The translations under genes and the position numbers were made by a program. From a virus (lineage: Duplodnaviria > Caudoviricetes): a DNA stretch of 64,000 nt. Position 1 is the stretch's first letter. Each line of letters opens with the position of its first letter. Positions 1-8,676 of the stretch are shown one piece after another. The stretch lies in the IMG/VR virus record IMGVR_UViG_2711768162_000009, positions 41,963 to 105,962 of that record. One strand, 5' to 3'. The notes under the pieces were generated by a model. That model was not told the origin of the DNA, did not search any database, and was given only the letters and a program-made list of their open reading frames with translations.

Positions 1-37
1 GAGCGTAGAAGTCACCCACGCAAAATACAATGCAAGT

Positions 38-406
38 TTGCTTGAACTGGACACACAGACTATGCGCTATGTCCTCAAGCGTGAGATTAACCTTGCGGAC
101 GCAGTGAACAAGAGCCGCGAGTATAAAAAGCGCCTTCGTCACTTCCTGACCGCCTGCGCTCACAAAGACGCAAGCAAACTCGACAAAGCGCTTGCCCTTC
201 TGCAAACGCACATGAAGTCAACCCAGTGCGCTTCTCTGAGCGTTCCGGAGATTCAGGGCATCATGCAACACGCAACACCGACGCAAGCTAGCTACTTCAA
301 GAATTTTGCGCACGCTATCGGAGTTGTCACCGCGCAGCGTTCAAACAGCGCACCAATGGAAGTCAACAAAGACAATGAAGTCTACCAAGACTTTGTTTCT
401 CTCTAA
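38..406 (+). CDS. Hypothetical protein (may be 5'-truncated by window edge)
   Basis: 122-aa ORF followed by a copy of the phage palindrome. Confidence 0.5.
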   Translation: MLELDTQTMRYVLKREINLADAVNKSREYKKRLRHFLTACAHKDASKLDKALALLQTHMKSTQCASLSVPEIQGIMQHATPTQASYFKNFAHAIGVVTAQRSNSAPMEVNKDNEVYQDFVSL

Positions 407-475
407 AATAATAAGTCACGGATTACTTATAGCGCACTCTTCGGAGTGCGCTTTTACTTTAAAGGAATACCGCAA

Positions 476-772
476 ATGACAACTTGCGTTATCAAAGACA
501 ACGTTTGGACACTCGCCAATAACGTCGCATTTGTTGAAGTCTCACATAACAACGTCGCCACTGTCGGATACTTGATGCAAGAGAACGACAAGCGTGAAGC
601 GTCACGCGAAAGAATCGCCACACGAGCCGCGTTTACCGATCGCGTCGGAGCGCTGCGCTATGCCGTCGCCTTCCTTGCGCAGTGTGCATTGCTCGCCCGC
701 GACTTCCACGCCCTCGAGGACTACATTCACGCGCAAGCGTCGATGGACTCCAGCGACAACAGAACAGCATAG
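476..772 (+). CDS. Hypothetical protein
   Basis: ATG at 476 after AAGGA RBS. Confidence 0.6.
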   Translation: MTTCVIKDNVWTLANNVAFVEVSHNNVATVGYLMQENDKREASRERIATRAAFTDRVGALRYAVAFLAQCALLARDFHALEDYIHAQASMDSSDNRTA

Positions 773-1197
773 CGTCATCGCTCCAGAACAGCGCTACAAG
801 CGACGCAAGCGTCTTGTGAGTGTCATCACAGCACTCTAGCCCTTGCGTCGCTCCTGCGAGCAAATAGAGCGATTCTCAGACGACCAGGGGTAGCAGGAGC
901 CAGTGAGAGGATCGCGCACATGAGAGCCGACCTCAGATGCGAAAGCCCTAGAAAATGCCGAGATAGCGCTGGGTATAGCCGCCTATTCGCCTCCACTCCC
1001 GGCTCCGTCCCTTATACCACCGGCTCCTACCGACCTTCGCCCGCCTTATACCACCGCCGCATTACCCGCTCTGATTCAGGTGACGCCTCAGCGCCCTTTG
1101 CCCTTATACAACCACAGTTCGCCCGCTGCTTGCCTGTCGGCAAGCACCTCGCTACCATATGTAAGTCATCGCTTACTTCCATACGAGGAACCCGCAC

Positions 1198-1473
1198 ATG
1201 GGCCTGCTCACCAAACGCGACGAATCCAGCCAAGCCATGGCCTCTCGCGCACTGATCAACGCCGAGAATGCTCTGACCGACCTGATCAACGCTCAGACCG
1301 CAACGGCTGACGCCATTGCTGACGTCGAGGCGCAGGTCTCTGACCTGCTCCGCCGCAAGACCGAGCTGCTGAACCGTCGCCGCGACCTGGACTTCACCGT
1401 CAACACCATGACCAAGGCACTGTTCGCGACCGAAAAAGAGCGCGCCGAGGCCGAGGAAGAGACCCATGCGTGA
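1198..1473 (+). CDS. Hypothetical coiled-coil protein
   Basis: GAGGA RBS, heptad-like sequence, overlaps next gene. Confidence 0.7.
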   Translation: MGLLTKRDESSQAMASRALINAENALTDLINAQTATADAIADVEAQVSDLLRRKTELLNRRRDLDFTVNTMTKALFATEKERAEAEEETHA

Positions 1474-1795
1474 GATCGCCAAAGGCGACTCAGCCCGCAC
1501 CTTCGTTCAGAACCACCCCGAAGGTGCTGTGCTGCTCCTAACGGCCCGTTGGTGCGGTTCTCCGTGCGATTCACTGGTTCCCGTGCTGGCACTGATCGAA
1601 GCCGAGAATCCCTCTGTCAGCGTCGCTGTGGCTGATCTGGAGACTGCTCGAGACCTGGCCGCTGAACTCGACGTGACAGGCATCCCCGCTGTGCTGGGCT
1701 TCGCGAATGGGAAGTGCGTCGCCAAGTCCACCTCCTGGCGCGACAAGGCATCAATTGAGCAAGGTCTGGAAGAGGTATTGCGCCGTGAAGCGTAG
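1466..1795 (+). CDS. Thioredoxin-like protein (variant active site WCGSPC)
   Basis: A-x-W-C-G-(S)-P-C motif, LAAELDVTGIPAVLGF cis-Pro loop, 109 aa. Confidence 0.85.
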   Translation: MREIAKGDSARTFVQNHPEGAVLLLTARWCGSPCDSLVPVLALIEAENPSVSVAVADLETARDLAAELDVTGIPAVLGFANGKCVAKSTSWRDKASIEQGLEEVLRREA

Positions 1796-2033
1796 CGTTG
1801 TGAATCTGCTGGTGGGTCTTACGTTTATTGCCGTTGGCGTCCTCTGCTTCCTCGCCGTAGCCGCTGTTGCAGTTTGGGGTCAGTTCTTGTTCTTGACCAA
1901 CACCTACGGCCTCGAGGTGATCTCCTGGGCGTGGTTGATCCTCGGTATCCCCGGAATCATGCTGGCTGCTTTCGTTTGCTTGTGGTGCGGGAAAGTGTGC
2001 GTTGCACTCGGCGCGCTAGTGCTAAACCGATAA
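1785..2033 (+). CDS. Small membrane protein (2 TM)
   Basis: GTG at 1785 after GAGG; two long hydrophobic segments. Confidence 0.6.
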   Translation: MKRSVVNLLVGLTFIAVGVLCFLAVAAVAVWGQFLFLTNTYGLEVISWAWLILGIPGIMLAAFVCLWCGKVCVALGALVLNR

Positions 2034-2050
2034 ACACAACAGCAAACGAG

Positions 2051-2071
2051 AAAAGGGCGCCAAGGCGCCCT
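2051..2071. terminator. Intrinsic terminator between convergent genes
   Basis: AAAAGGGCGC-CAAG-GCGCCCT hairpin with an A-run on the left. Confidence 0.6.
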
Positions 2072-2096
2072 GTGTTCATTTTCAGCCCTGCTGCAA

Positions 2097-2417
2097 TCAG
2101 TTGTTATCTTGTTTGAGCTTTGAAAGGAGTTTCTTTACGTCTGCCGGTTTCATGGGTTTGGCTGAACTCTCGGCACCCTCTCCCTTCCCTGCCTGCTTTC
2201 TTTTCTCCGCTTTCTTCTCTTCCACTTTCCACTCCACCAATTCTTTAATAGCATCATCTGGGAGAGTTTCAATAAGTGCGCACAGAACGTCGCTGTTGGT
2301 GAGATTCAGACCAGATGCCACCCGTCGTAATCTTTGATGATTCTTCTTTTTGAATGTGGCATTAACAGACTTTTTATCTGGATCGCTTTTATCCACTGAG
2401 TTTCCCCTAAGCTGCAC
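2097..2417 (-). CDS. Small basic protein, possible ribbon-helix-helix DNA-binding protein
   Basis: KSVNATFKKKNHQRLRRVA...NSDVLCALIE strand-helix-helix pattern; overlaps helicase end. Confidence 0.5.
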   Translation of the reverse strand: MQLRGNSVDKSDPDKKSVNATFKKKNHQRLRRVASGLNLTNSDVLCALIETLPDDAIKELVEWKVEEKKAEKRKQAGKGEGAESSAKPMKPADVKKLLSKLKQDNN

Positions 2418-4005
2418 TCAGACCGAGTGCTTTGAAATCGAAATCGTTAGGGCCGTAGGTAATATTCTCGCCAAATCCAGGTGTGTTTTGGACTATCGCC
2501 AAGCGTTCCATGGAATGACGCTTGAGGTGATTATTGGCGGAATCAATGAAATCAACAATAAGAGCAACGTTTGGAACTCCCTTCTTCGCTCGGAGCCCGC
2601 GTCCTATTCTTTGGCGCAATGCTACTTCTGCTTTGCCACCCCCTGCTAAGATGACGCAACCTACAGCCGGGACGTCCACACCGACGTCCATAATCGTTGA
2701 GCCGATCAGCACTTGAATTTTACCGTCACGCAAATCATTCAGCGCCGATTGCCTCGCTTCGCGGTTAGATTCTCCAAAGACAAATTTTGCCTTGATTCCA
2801 CATAAATTTAAACGCTTCTCAAGTAACTTCCCATGACTTTTCTGTAAAACTAGTATCATCACCGGCAAACGGAGCCCGGCTGCTCTGACCGCCTCTTGGA
2901 CGATCAGATTGTTTCTCGGCTGATTGTAGATCACACCCAGCTTATAAGCACGCTGCCATTGGGTCGAACGGCCTAGACGGGTGCTGGTAATCGCCTTTTC
3001 CTTCATCAACTCGATGCCATCCCGGTCAGGCTGGTAGCCTACGGTGTGGTATCGGAAATAAGGCTTGGCGAGAACCCCTCTTTCGATCAGCATTTTTTCC
3101 GTGACACGTATCAGAACAGGCCCCGTGCAGGACAGCAGCCGCATATTGGACTCCTGGTCATCCCGCATGAACGGAGTAGCCGTTAGGGCCATCCGGTAGC
3201 GAGCGTTCTTGCACGCATCCATGATGGCGTAGTAGCTGTCTCCGCCGACCTCGTGAGCTTCCTCAAGCACAACGAACTCCACCATCGCCAGGTATTTGAG
3301 GGTCTGCTCCCGCATCTTGGCCTGCTTGAGCTGATCCGCCTTCGACTTGCTGCGATCCGGCTCGCGAAGCCTGGCAGCCAGGGTCTGCACCATGCCCACC
3401 GTGACACAGCCACGAGGACTCCAGACGCCATCACCGATGACGCCAACCTCCCTACCCTTCCAGAAGCGGTCGCCGTTCGCGAGTTGAAAGGCCATCGAAC
3501 GCTCAAACGCGGTCTTCATCTGATACATCAAGATGCCGCGAGTCGTGATGAAAAGCGTGGGGCGCCGGATTCTACTAACAGCGATGTTACAAATTCGTGA
3601 CTTCCCGCCACCAGTGCTGACCTGACAGATCCCCTGTCCTTCCTTGATTAGCACATCGACCGCCTTCGGCTGGTAGCTGTAAGCGTCCGTATAGCCGAAC
3701 TCGTCGATGATTGGTCGCTCAGGCCCTCTGGGAGCAGGAAGCGGCTTCTGAACGATCTGCGGGTGGTAGCCGCGCTTCTTCAGCTCGTCCGCTACGGGCT
3801 TGGTAAACCCCGCCGGGAATCGGGCCGGCCCCCAGTCGAAGAAAGTGCTGGTGCCGTCCCAGTCGCCATTGCGACACGCTTTCGAGTAGTCGGCCCCGGC
3901 CACCTGGTAAGAGAGCAGTGATTGCAGGATGCCCTTCACCTCCGCGTCGGCATCCACCAACTGCGCGATCCGAGCGTTCCTAGCGATACGGATAACTGAG
4001 CCCAT
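2407..4005 (-). CDS. Superfamily 2 (DEAD/DEAH-box) helicase
   Basis: Walker A STGGGKS, motif II EEAH, motif III TAT, motif VI QRIGRGLR; start MGSVIR at 4005 with GAGGA RBS. Confidence 0.9.
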   Translation of the reverse strand: MGSVIRIARNARIAQLVDADAEVKGILQSLLSYQVAGADYSKACRNGDWDGTSTFFDWGPARFPAGFTKPVADELKKRGYHPQIVQKPLPAPRGPERPIIDEFGYTDAYSYQPKAVDVLIKEGQGICQVSTGGGKSRICNIAVSRIRRPTLFITTRGILMYQMKTAFERSMAFQLANGDRFWKGREVGVIGDGVWSPRGCVTVGMVQTLAARLREPDRSKSKADQLKQAKMREQTLKYLAMVEFVVLEEAHEVGGDSYYAIMDACKNARYRMALTATPFMRDDQESNMRLLSCTGPVLIRVTEKMLIERGVLAKPYFRYHTVGYQPDRDGIELMKEKAITSTRLGRSTQWQRAYKLGVIYNQPRNNLIVQEAVRAAGLRLPVMILVLQKSHGKLLEKRLNLCGIKAKFVFGESNREARQSALNDLRDGKIQVLIGSTIMDVGVDVPAVGCVILAGGGKAEVALRQRIGRGLRAKKGVPNVALIVDFIDSANNHLKRHSMERLAIVQNTPGFGENITYGPNDFDFKALGLSAA

Positions 4006-4115
4006 AGGTTGTTCCTCTGAGGCTTTTGCCTTATATTTCGTAAGTAATCGCTTACTTACTTGTTTGCGCAAAAACTGACGTGACGTGTCACGTAATCCTA
4101 ACGAGATATTAGCAC

Positions 4116-4784
4116 ATGAGCGAGATAGTTCATATCGACCCACGACGTCTGAAGCAGAATTCGTGGAACACCAACAAGGTCAGCGCCGAGAACGAAGAAA
4201 AGCTCCGTGCTGGTATCCGCCGCCATGGGCTGATCGGAACGATCGTCGCCCGCGAACTTGATGATGGCTCGCTCGAGATCATCGGCGGTGCTCACCGGGC
4301 TCAGATCGCCGCTGAAGAAGGCATTGAGGCAGTCGCGGTCCACAACGTCGGCTACATCAGCGACGAGCGGGCCAAGGAACTCATGCTGCTGGACAACGGC
4401 CGCTACGGACAGGATGACGCCTTCGAGCTGGCCGCCCTGCTCGATGAGCTTGCTTCGCAAAGCGACGTGGAACTCGCCTCCTTCATGCCCTTCTCCAGCG
4501 AGGACATGGACAAGTTGATGACCACCTCCGACATCGACCTCGATGCACTGGACGACGAACTCAACGAGGACGACCTGTCCGACTTGGAAATCTCCAAGGA
4601 GAAGCGCGAGGCGCCCGTGCAAACGCACCAGGTTCTTCGGTTCAAGGTTCCCATGGATGACGTCGAGCGCGTCCAGCGCGTGATCCGGCAGATCATGGAT
4701 GAGCAAGGGTTCGACGCGGATGACTCAATGACCAATGCGGGCGATGCCCTGGTCTACCTGGCAGGAGAATACACCGATGACTGA
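4116..4784 (+). CDS. ParB/Srx N-terminal domain protein
   Basis: NSWNTN...IRRHGLIGTIVAR...EIIGGAHRAQ ParB-N signature. Confidence 0.85.
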   Translation: MSEIVHIDPRRLKQNSWNTNKVSAENEEKLRAGIRRHGLIGTIVARELDDGSLEIIGGAHRAQIAAEEGIEAVAVHNVGYISDERAKELMLLDNGRYGQDDAFELAALLDELASQSDVELASFMPFSSEDMDKLMTTSDIDLDALDDELNEDDLSDLEISKEKREAPVQTHQVLRFKVPMDDVERVQRVIRQIMDEQGFDADDSMTNAGDALVYLAGEYTDD

Positions 4785-5460
4785 TGCCCAAGAGGTCGTG
4801 TATCTCGACCCGCAGAAACTGGTGCCCTACACCAAGAACGTCAAGAAGCACCCGCAGAGCCACATCGACACGCTCAAGGCGTTGATCCAGAAATACGGCT
4901 TCTCCAAGGGCAACGCCATCCAGGTCGATAAGAACCTGGTGATCATCGCCGGTCACGGTCGGCGCGAGGCATCCTGTCAGCTTGGGCTCAAGGAAGTGCC
5001 TGTCGTTATTCGCCACGACCTGACAGACGATGAGGTCAAGCGCTGGCGGATCGAAGAGAACAAGTCTGTTGGCCTCGATTATGACGTCGTGATGATGCGC
5101 GAAGAGCTGGCCGAGCTGATGGACGTGGACAGCGACCCGCTGATCGGCTTTGACGCCAAGGAATGGGACGTCCTCACCGAAGACCTGACAGAAGACCTCA
5201 ATACCGAACAAGTGCTGACCGATCTGGGCGAAGAGATGGAGCGTTCCCAGCAGCAGCACGACGCCGCCGTCGAGAAGGCCAAGACAGCGCAGATTCCGGT
5301 TGGGGAATTGCTGGGCTTTAAGCATGTGCCGGCCGATCAGCAGCGCAAGTTCGCCGGCTTCATGGCCGAAGTCGAGTTCCGCACCAAGAAGGCCGGACTC
5401 GATGCCTTCATGGAATTCATCGACCGCTGCGACATTGATCTCGCTTGCCCAACGGAGTAA
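4777..5460 (+). CDS. ParB/Srx N-terminal domain protein (second)
   Basis: LVPYTKNVKKH...IQKYGF...IIAGHGRREA...VPVVIRHDL. Confidence 0.85.
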   Translation: MTDAQEVVYLDPQKLVPYTKNVKKHPQSHIDTLKALIQKYGFSKGNAIQVDKNLVIIAGHGRREASCQLGLKEVPVVIRHDLTDDEVKRWRIEENKSVGLDYDVVMMREELAELMDVDSDPLIGFDAKEWDVLTEDLTEDLNTEQVLTDLGEEMERSQQQHDAAVEKAKTAQIPVGELLGFKHVPADQQRKFAGFMAEVEFRTKKAGLDAFMEFIDRCDIDLACPTE

Positions 5461-5467
5461 GTCACCA

Positions 5468-6118
5468 ATGACTGATTCAACAACCATCACCGTCGACAAG
5501 CGATTCAGCTCGAGAGTCATGCAGACCGAGCGAGTGCTTGAGGTCGCTGAGGCGTTCGGCCTGGGCCTCGAAGAGCGCGACTTCGTGATCTACGACCACC
5601 TGCCGATCGAGGTTCACCAGGGCGACGTGATCTACATCACGGGCCAGTCCGGCTCCGGCAAGTCTCTAGTGCTCCGCGAGATCGCCAAGCAACTGGGCGA
5701 TGCAGGCAGGAAGGTTGCGAACATCGACGCCATCGAGCTTGAAGACCGTCCGCTGATCGACCAGATCGGCAAGGACACCAACGACGCAGTGCGTCTCCTG
5801 TCACTTGCTGGCCTGAATGACGCCTACCTGCTCGTCCGCAATCCCGGCCAGCTCTCGGATGGTCAGAAGTATCGCTTCCGCTTGGCGAAGGTCATCGAGT
5901 CGGGGGCCGACGTATGGGTCGCCGACGAGTTCTGCGCGGTGCTCGATCGTGCCACTGCCAAGGTGGTGTCGTTCAACGTCCAGCGCGCCGCCCGCAAGGT
6001 GGGCGCAACCGTCGTGGTCGCCACCACTCACACCGACCTGACGGCTGATCTGAAGCCGAGCCTGGTGGTCGAGAAGTATTACAAGGAAAAGGTCAGTCTG
6101 GAGCGCCCCGATGAGTGA
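5468..6118 (+). CDS. Stand-alone ABC-type ATPase
   Basis: Walker A GQSGSGKS, signature LSDGQ, Walker B WVADEF, H-loop TTH. Confidence 0.9.
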   Translation: MTDSTTITVDKRFSSRVMQTERVLEVAEAFGLGLEERDFVIYDHLPIEVHQGDVIYITGQSGSGKSLVLREIAKQLGDAGRKVANIDAIELEDRPLIDQIGKDTNDAVRLLSLAGLNDAYLLVRNPGQLSDGQKYRFRLAKVIESGADVWVADEFCAVLDRATAKVVSFNVQRAARKVGATVVVATTHTDLTADLKPSLVVEKYYKEKVSLERPDE

Positions 6119-6551
6119 AATCCCGGTAGATATTGACCGCAAACAAGCCCATCGCAAAGCCAAGCGAGAAGGAGTGCCTGTGCTCAGGATTGAGCCCTGG
6201 GGCGCGGAAATCTATCTCTTCAAGGGCGTCGCTTCCTATGGGGAGAGGTTCGAGCGAATCTTCGGCCATCCGAGCAGCATGGAGTCATACGAGGAATACG
6301 AAGTCGGCGGCTTCTTCGGTGTCGATCGAGCATCCCCTGCGGCGTCAGTGTGGGTGCTGGTCATCAGCGAGATCGCCCCTGAGTATCCGGAAGAGTTCAT
6401 CTGGCACGAGGCGCTGCACGCCACCTTCATGATCCTCGACAACTACGGTGTCGCGTTCGACGTCGAGAACCACGAGGTCTTCAACTACACCCAGGCGCAG
6501 ATCGTTAGTGGCGTTCGCGAAAAGCTGTATGGGCTGGAGGGCTTTCGGTGA
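6111..6551 (+). CDS. Hypothetical protein with HExxH (zincin-like) motif
   Basis: FIWHEALHA ... NHEVFNY. Confidence 0.6.
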   Translation: MSEIPVDIDRKQAHRKAKREGVPVLRIEPWGAEIYLFKGVASYGERFERIFGHPSSMESYEEYEVGGFFGVDRASPAASVWVLVISEIAPEYPEEFIWHEALHATFMILDNYGVAFDVENHEVFNYTQAQIVSGVREKLYGLEGFR

Positions 6552-7453
6552 TGACACCAAACGACGTAATGGTGCGCCGACCTCATCCAGCGGAGTTCCC
6601 GGCACAGTTTTCAGACCTGTCGCGCATGATCCTCGAGCCCGGCACCCGCGAGGATTGGCTGGCCCTGCATGATCTGCACTACAAGACCGAGACCGACAGC
6701 TTCGGCCAGACCTATTACCGCTGCACGCTGGACGGGAAGCTCATCGGTGTAGTGGTGACCGCCTACCCGAAACTGCTCCTGGAGCCGCGGCACCGGATGT
6801 TCCCGAAGATCAAGCCAACCGGCGGCAGCAAGCTGACCAATACCGCTCGAGGCAAGTTCGTGAACGACCTGTTCGCGATCATTAACCGCTCGGTGGTGGA
6901 CACGATGTATCGCGGTGTCGGCGTGAGCTACCGGATGATCAACCTGGCGTCGCGAATGCACCCCCGGCGTGTCATGGAGATTCAGTCGGCCATGTCGAAG
7001 TTCAGCCCGTTCGCCATGAAGGCCGGCTTCCAGTTCGCCAAACCCATCAAGAACAAGCACTACGAGAAAGGCGTGGCGATGGTGGCGCGCTACCTCGACA
7101 GTCATCCCTACGACACCGAAGGGCTGATCGCCGAGCTGGAGAGCATGACGCCGGCGCTGAAGCACCGTGCCCTGCGTGACCTGACGGCCTTCTATTACAA
7201 GTGCTCGGCACTGGAAAAGACCGGACGAAATCTGGGTCGCGGCCTTGATGACTTGGACTACACGCCTCGAGAGCTGATCGCCAAGATTCAGGGCCTGATC
7301 TTCACCAGCCCGCTCTACGGCGCCTATCAGAACCCGGACTACGGTCGCGTGCTGCCCAGGCAGCTACCGCTGATCGCCTTTGACCTGCAACGAACCGACG
7401 AACCCCTGAATTTGGAGCGTCTGTCCGAAGTGACGGGCGAGAGTTACCAATGA
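6548..7453 (+). CDS. GNAT-fold acyltransferase-like protein
   Basis: Acetyl-CoA binding motif RSVVDTMYRGVGVS and PFAMKAGF. Confidence 0.7.
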   Translation: MMTPNDVMVRRPHPAEFPAQFSDLSRMILEPGTREDWLALHDLHYKTETDSFGQTYYRCTLDGKLIGVVVTAYPKLLLEPRHRMFPKIKPTGGSKLTNTARGKFVNDLFAIINRSVVDTMYRGVGVSYRMINLASRMHPRRVMEIQSAMSKFSPFAMKAGFQFAKPIKNKHYEKGVAMVARYLDSHPYDTEGLIAELESMTPALKHRALRDLTAFYYKCSALEKTGRNLGRGLDDLDYTPRELIAKIQGLIFTSPLYGAYQNPDYGRVLPRQLPLIAFDLQRTDEPLNLERLSEVTGESYQ

Positions 7454-7737
7454 TGCAGCCGAACAATACTCGTCTGACCGTGAAGCAGATTCAGATTCTG
7501 CAAACCATCAACCAGCACTGGCTGACCCACCGTCAAGAAATCGACGTGGATCAGCTACTTGACGCATTGCCTTATCAAACCACCAAGCAATCCATGCAGT
7601 TCAGCATCCGAGCCCTGATCAAGAAGGGAGTCATCCTGAAGTGCGAGTGCGAGGTTCGGCGCGGCAGGCAGCGCCGCATCCTCAAGATCACTGATCATGG
7701 CAAGCGACTGCTTGGTATCCGATCCGAGGTAGCGTGA
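7450..7737 (+). CDS. Winged-helix DNA-binding protein
   Basis: LTVKQIQIL...TKQSMQFSIRALIKKGVI...LKITDHGKRLL MarR-like pattern. Confidence 0.7.
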   Translation: MMQPNNTRLTVKQIQILQTINQHWLTHRQEIDVDQLLDALPYQTTKQSMQFSIRALIKKGVILKCECEVRRGRQRRILKITDHGKRLLGIRSEVA

Positions 7738-7740
7738 ATC

Positions 7741-7873
7741 GGATGAGGCAGAGTTTTTGTAGTAAATGCCTTACCCCCTCTACTTAATAATCCTCATCCG
7801 AACATATACAGAACTACAGAGTAATAGGGGTCAGTCGATACAGAGCTGACCAGGTGGTCCTCGGATACAGCGG
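7741..7873 (+). repeat. Left copy of ~130-bp diverged inverted repeat
   Basis: Colinear with reverse complement of 48361-48480; exact 15-bp core TTGTAGTAAATGCCT at 7757-7771. Confidence 0.8.
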
Positions 7874-8037
7874 ATCGGCCGGCCCCGCCCCTCTCCCCAC
7901 AATTCAATGCTGTGCCTCCTTGCTCACTCAGAAACGCGCTGTGAGCGCTTTCGCGTGCGAGACGACTCATTACTCGTCTTTCGTCGGGAAACGTCTCTCA
8001 GCGCAGCGTGGAGCGATCTAGGAGCGCATATAGCGTC

Positions 8038-8676
8038 ATGACAGACGAAACGAAGAAGGAAACAGCGAAGAAGCGCATGACCCCTGCGCAATGGGCAGAA
8101 GCCCGTGCGATGTGGGCGTCAGGCGAGTTCACGCTGGAACAGCTCGCCGACAAGTTCGGTGTGGCCCGCGAGACCCTTTCGAGGCGCTTCAAGAAGGACG
8201 GCGTGAAGAAGGGTCAGGCGGCCATCGACAAGAAGGTTGAGGCGGAGATTGTCGAGAAGGCCACCCTCGAGGCTGACAAGTGGCGTGAGCGCGCCGAGAA
8301 AGCGCGTGAGCAGTTCTTCCGAGCCACCGAAATGCTCAATGGCATGAACATCAAGGTGCTTCGGGACGCCCATGCCAATGAGACGATCTTTGCCGCGCAG
8401 CCTGACCTGAAGGCGATCCAGATGTGCCTGAAGAATCTGGAGATGGCAAAGGGCATTCAGTGGTCGATTCTTGGCCTCGATCGCGAAGGCGTGGATGAAG
8501 AAGAGATCCCCGAGCTGATGATCCGAGAACTGACGCCGGATGAATTGCAGCGCATCCAAGCGGCCCAGTCGCAAGTCGGCCAGGAAGATGAGATCGAGAT
8601 CGGCGATGCCGCCCCTTATCTGGAAGACGACGACCTGGAGCTTGAAGACGACCTCGTGGTTGAAGGGGACGACTGA
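8038..8676 (+). CDS. Terminase small subunit (probable)
   Basis: N-terminal HTH (TLEQLADKFGVARETLSRRF), directly upstream of and coupled to terL. Confidence 0.75.
   Translation: MTDETKKETAKKRMTPAQWAEARAMWASGEFTLEQLADKFGVARETLSRRFKKDGVKKGQAAIDKKVEAEIVEKATLEADKWRERAEKAREQFFRATEMLNGMNIKVLRDAHANETIFAAQPDLKAIQMCLKNLEMAKGIQWSILGLDREGVDEEEIPELMIRELTPDELQRIQAAQSQVGQEDEIEIGDAAPYLEDDDLELEDDLVVEGDD

Noticed and set aside
4116-5460. ParB genes as a plasmid partition cassette
   Set aside because: No ParA in the window and no evident central HTH; they resemble ParB-N-only phage proteins
5468-6118. ABC ATPase as a transporter or RiPP exporter
   Set aside because: No permease gene nearby; it is coupled to ParB-like and GNAT genes and lies 22 kb from the rSAM cluster
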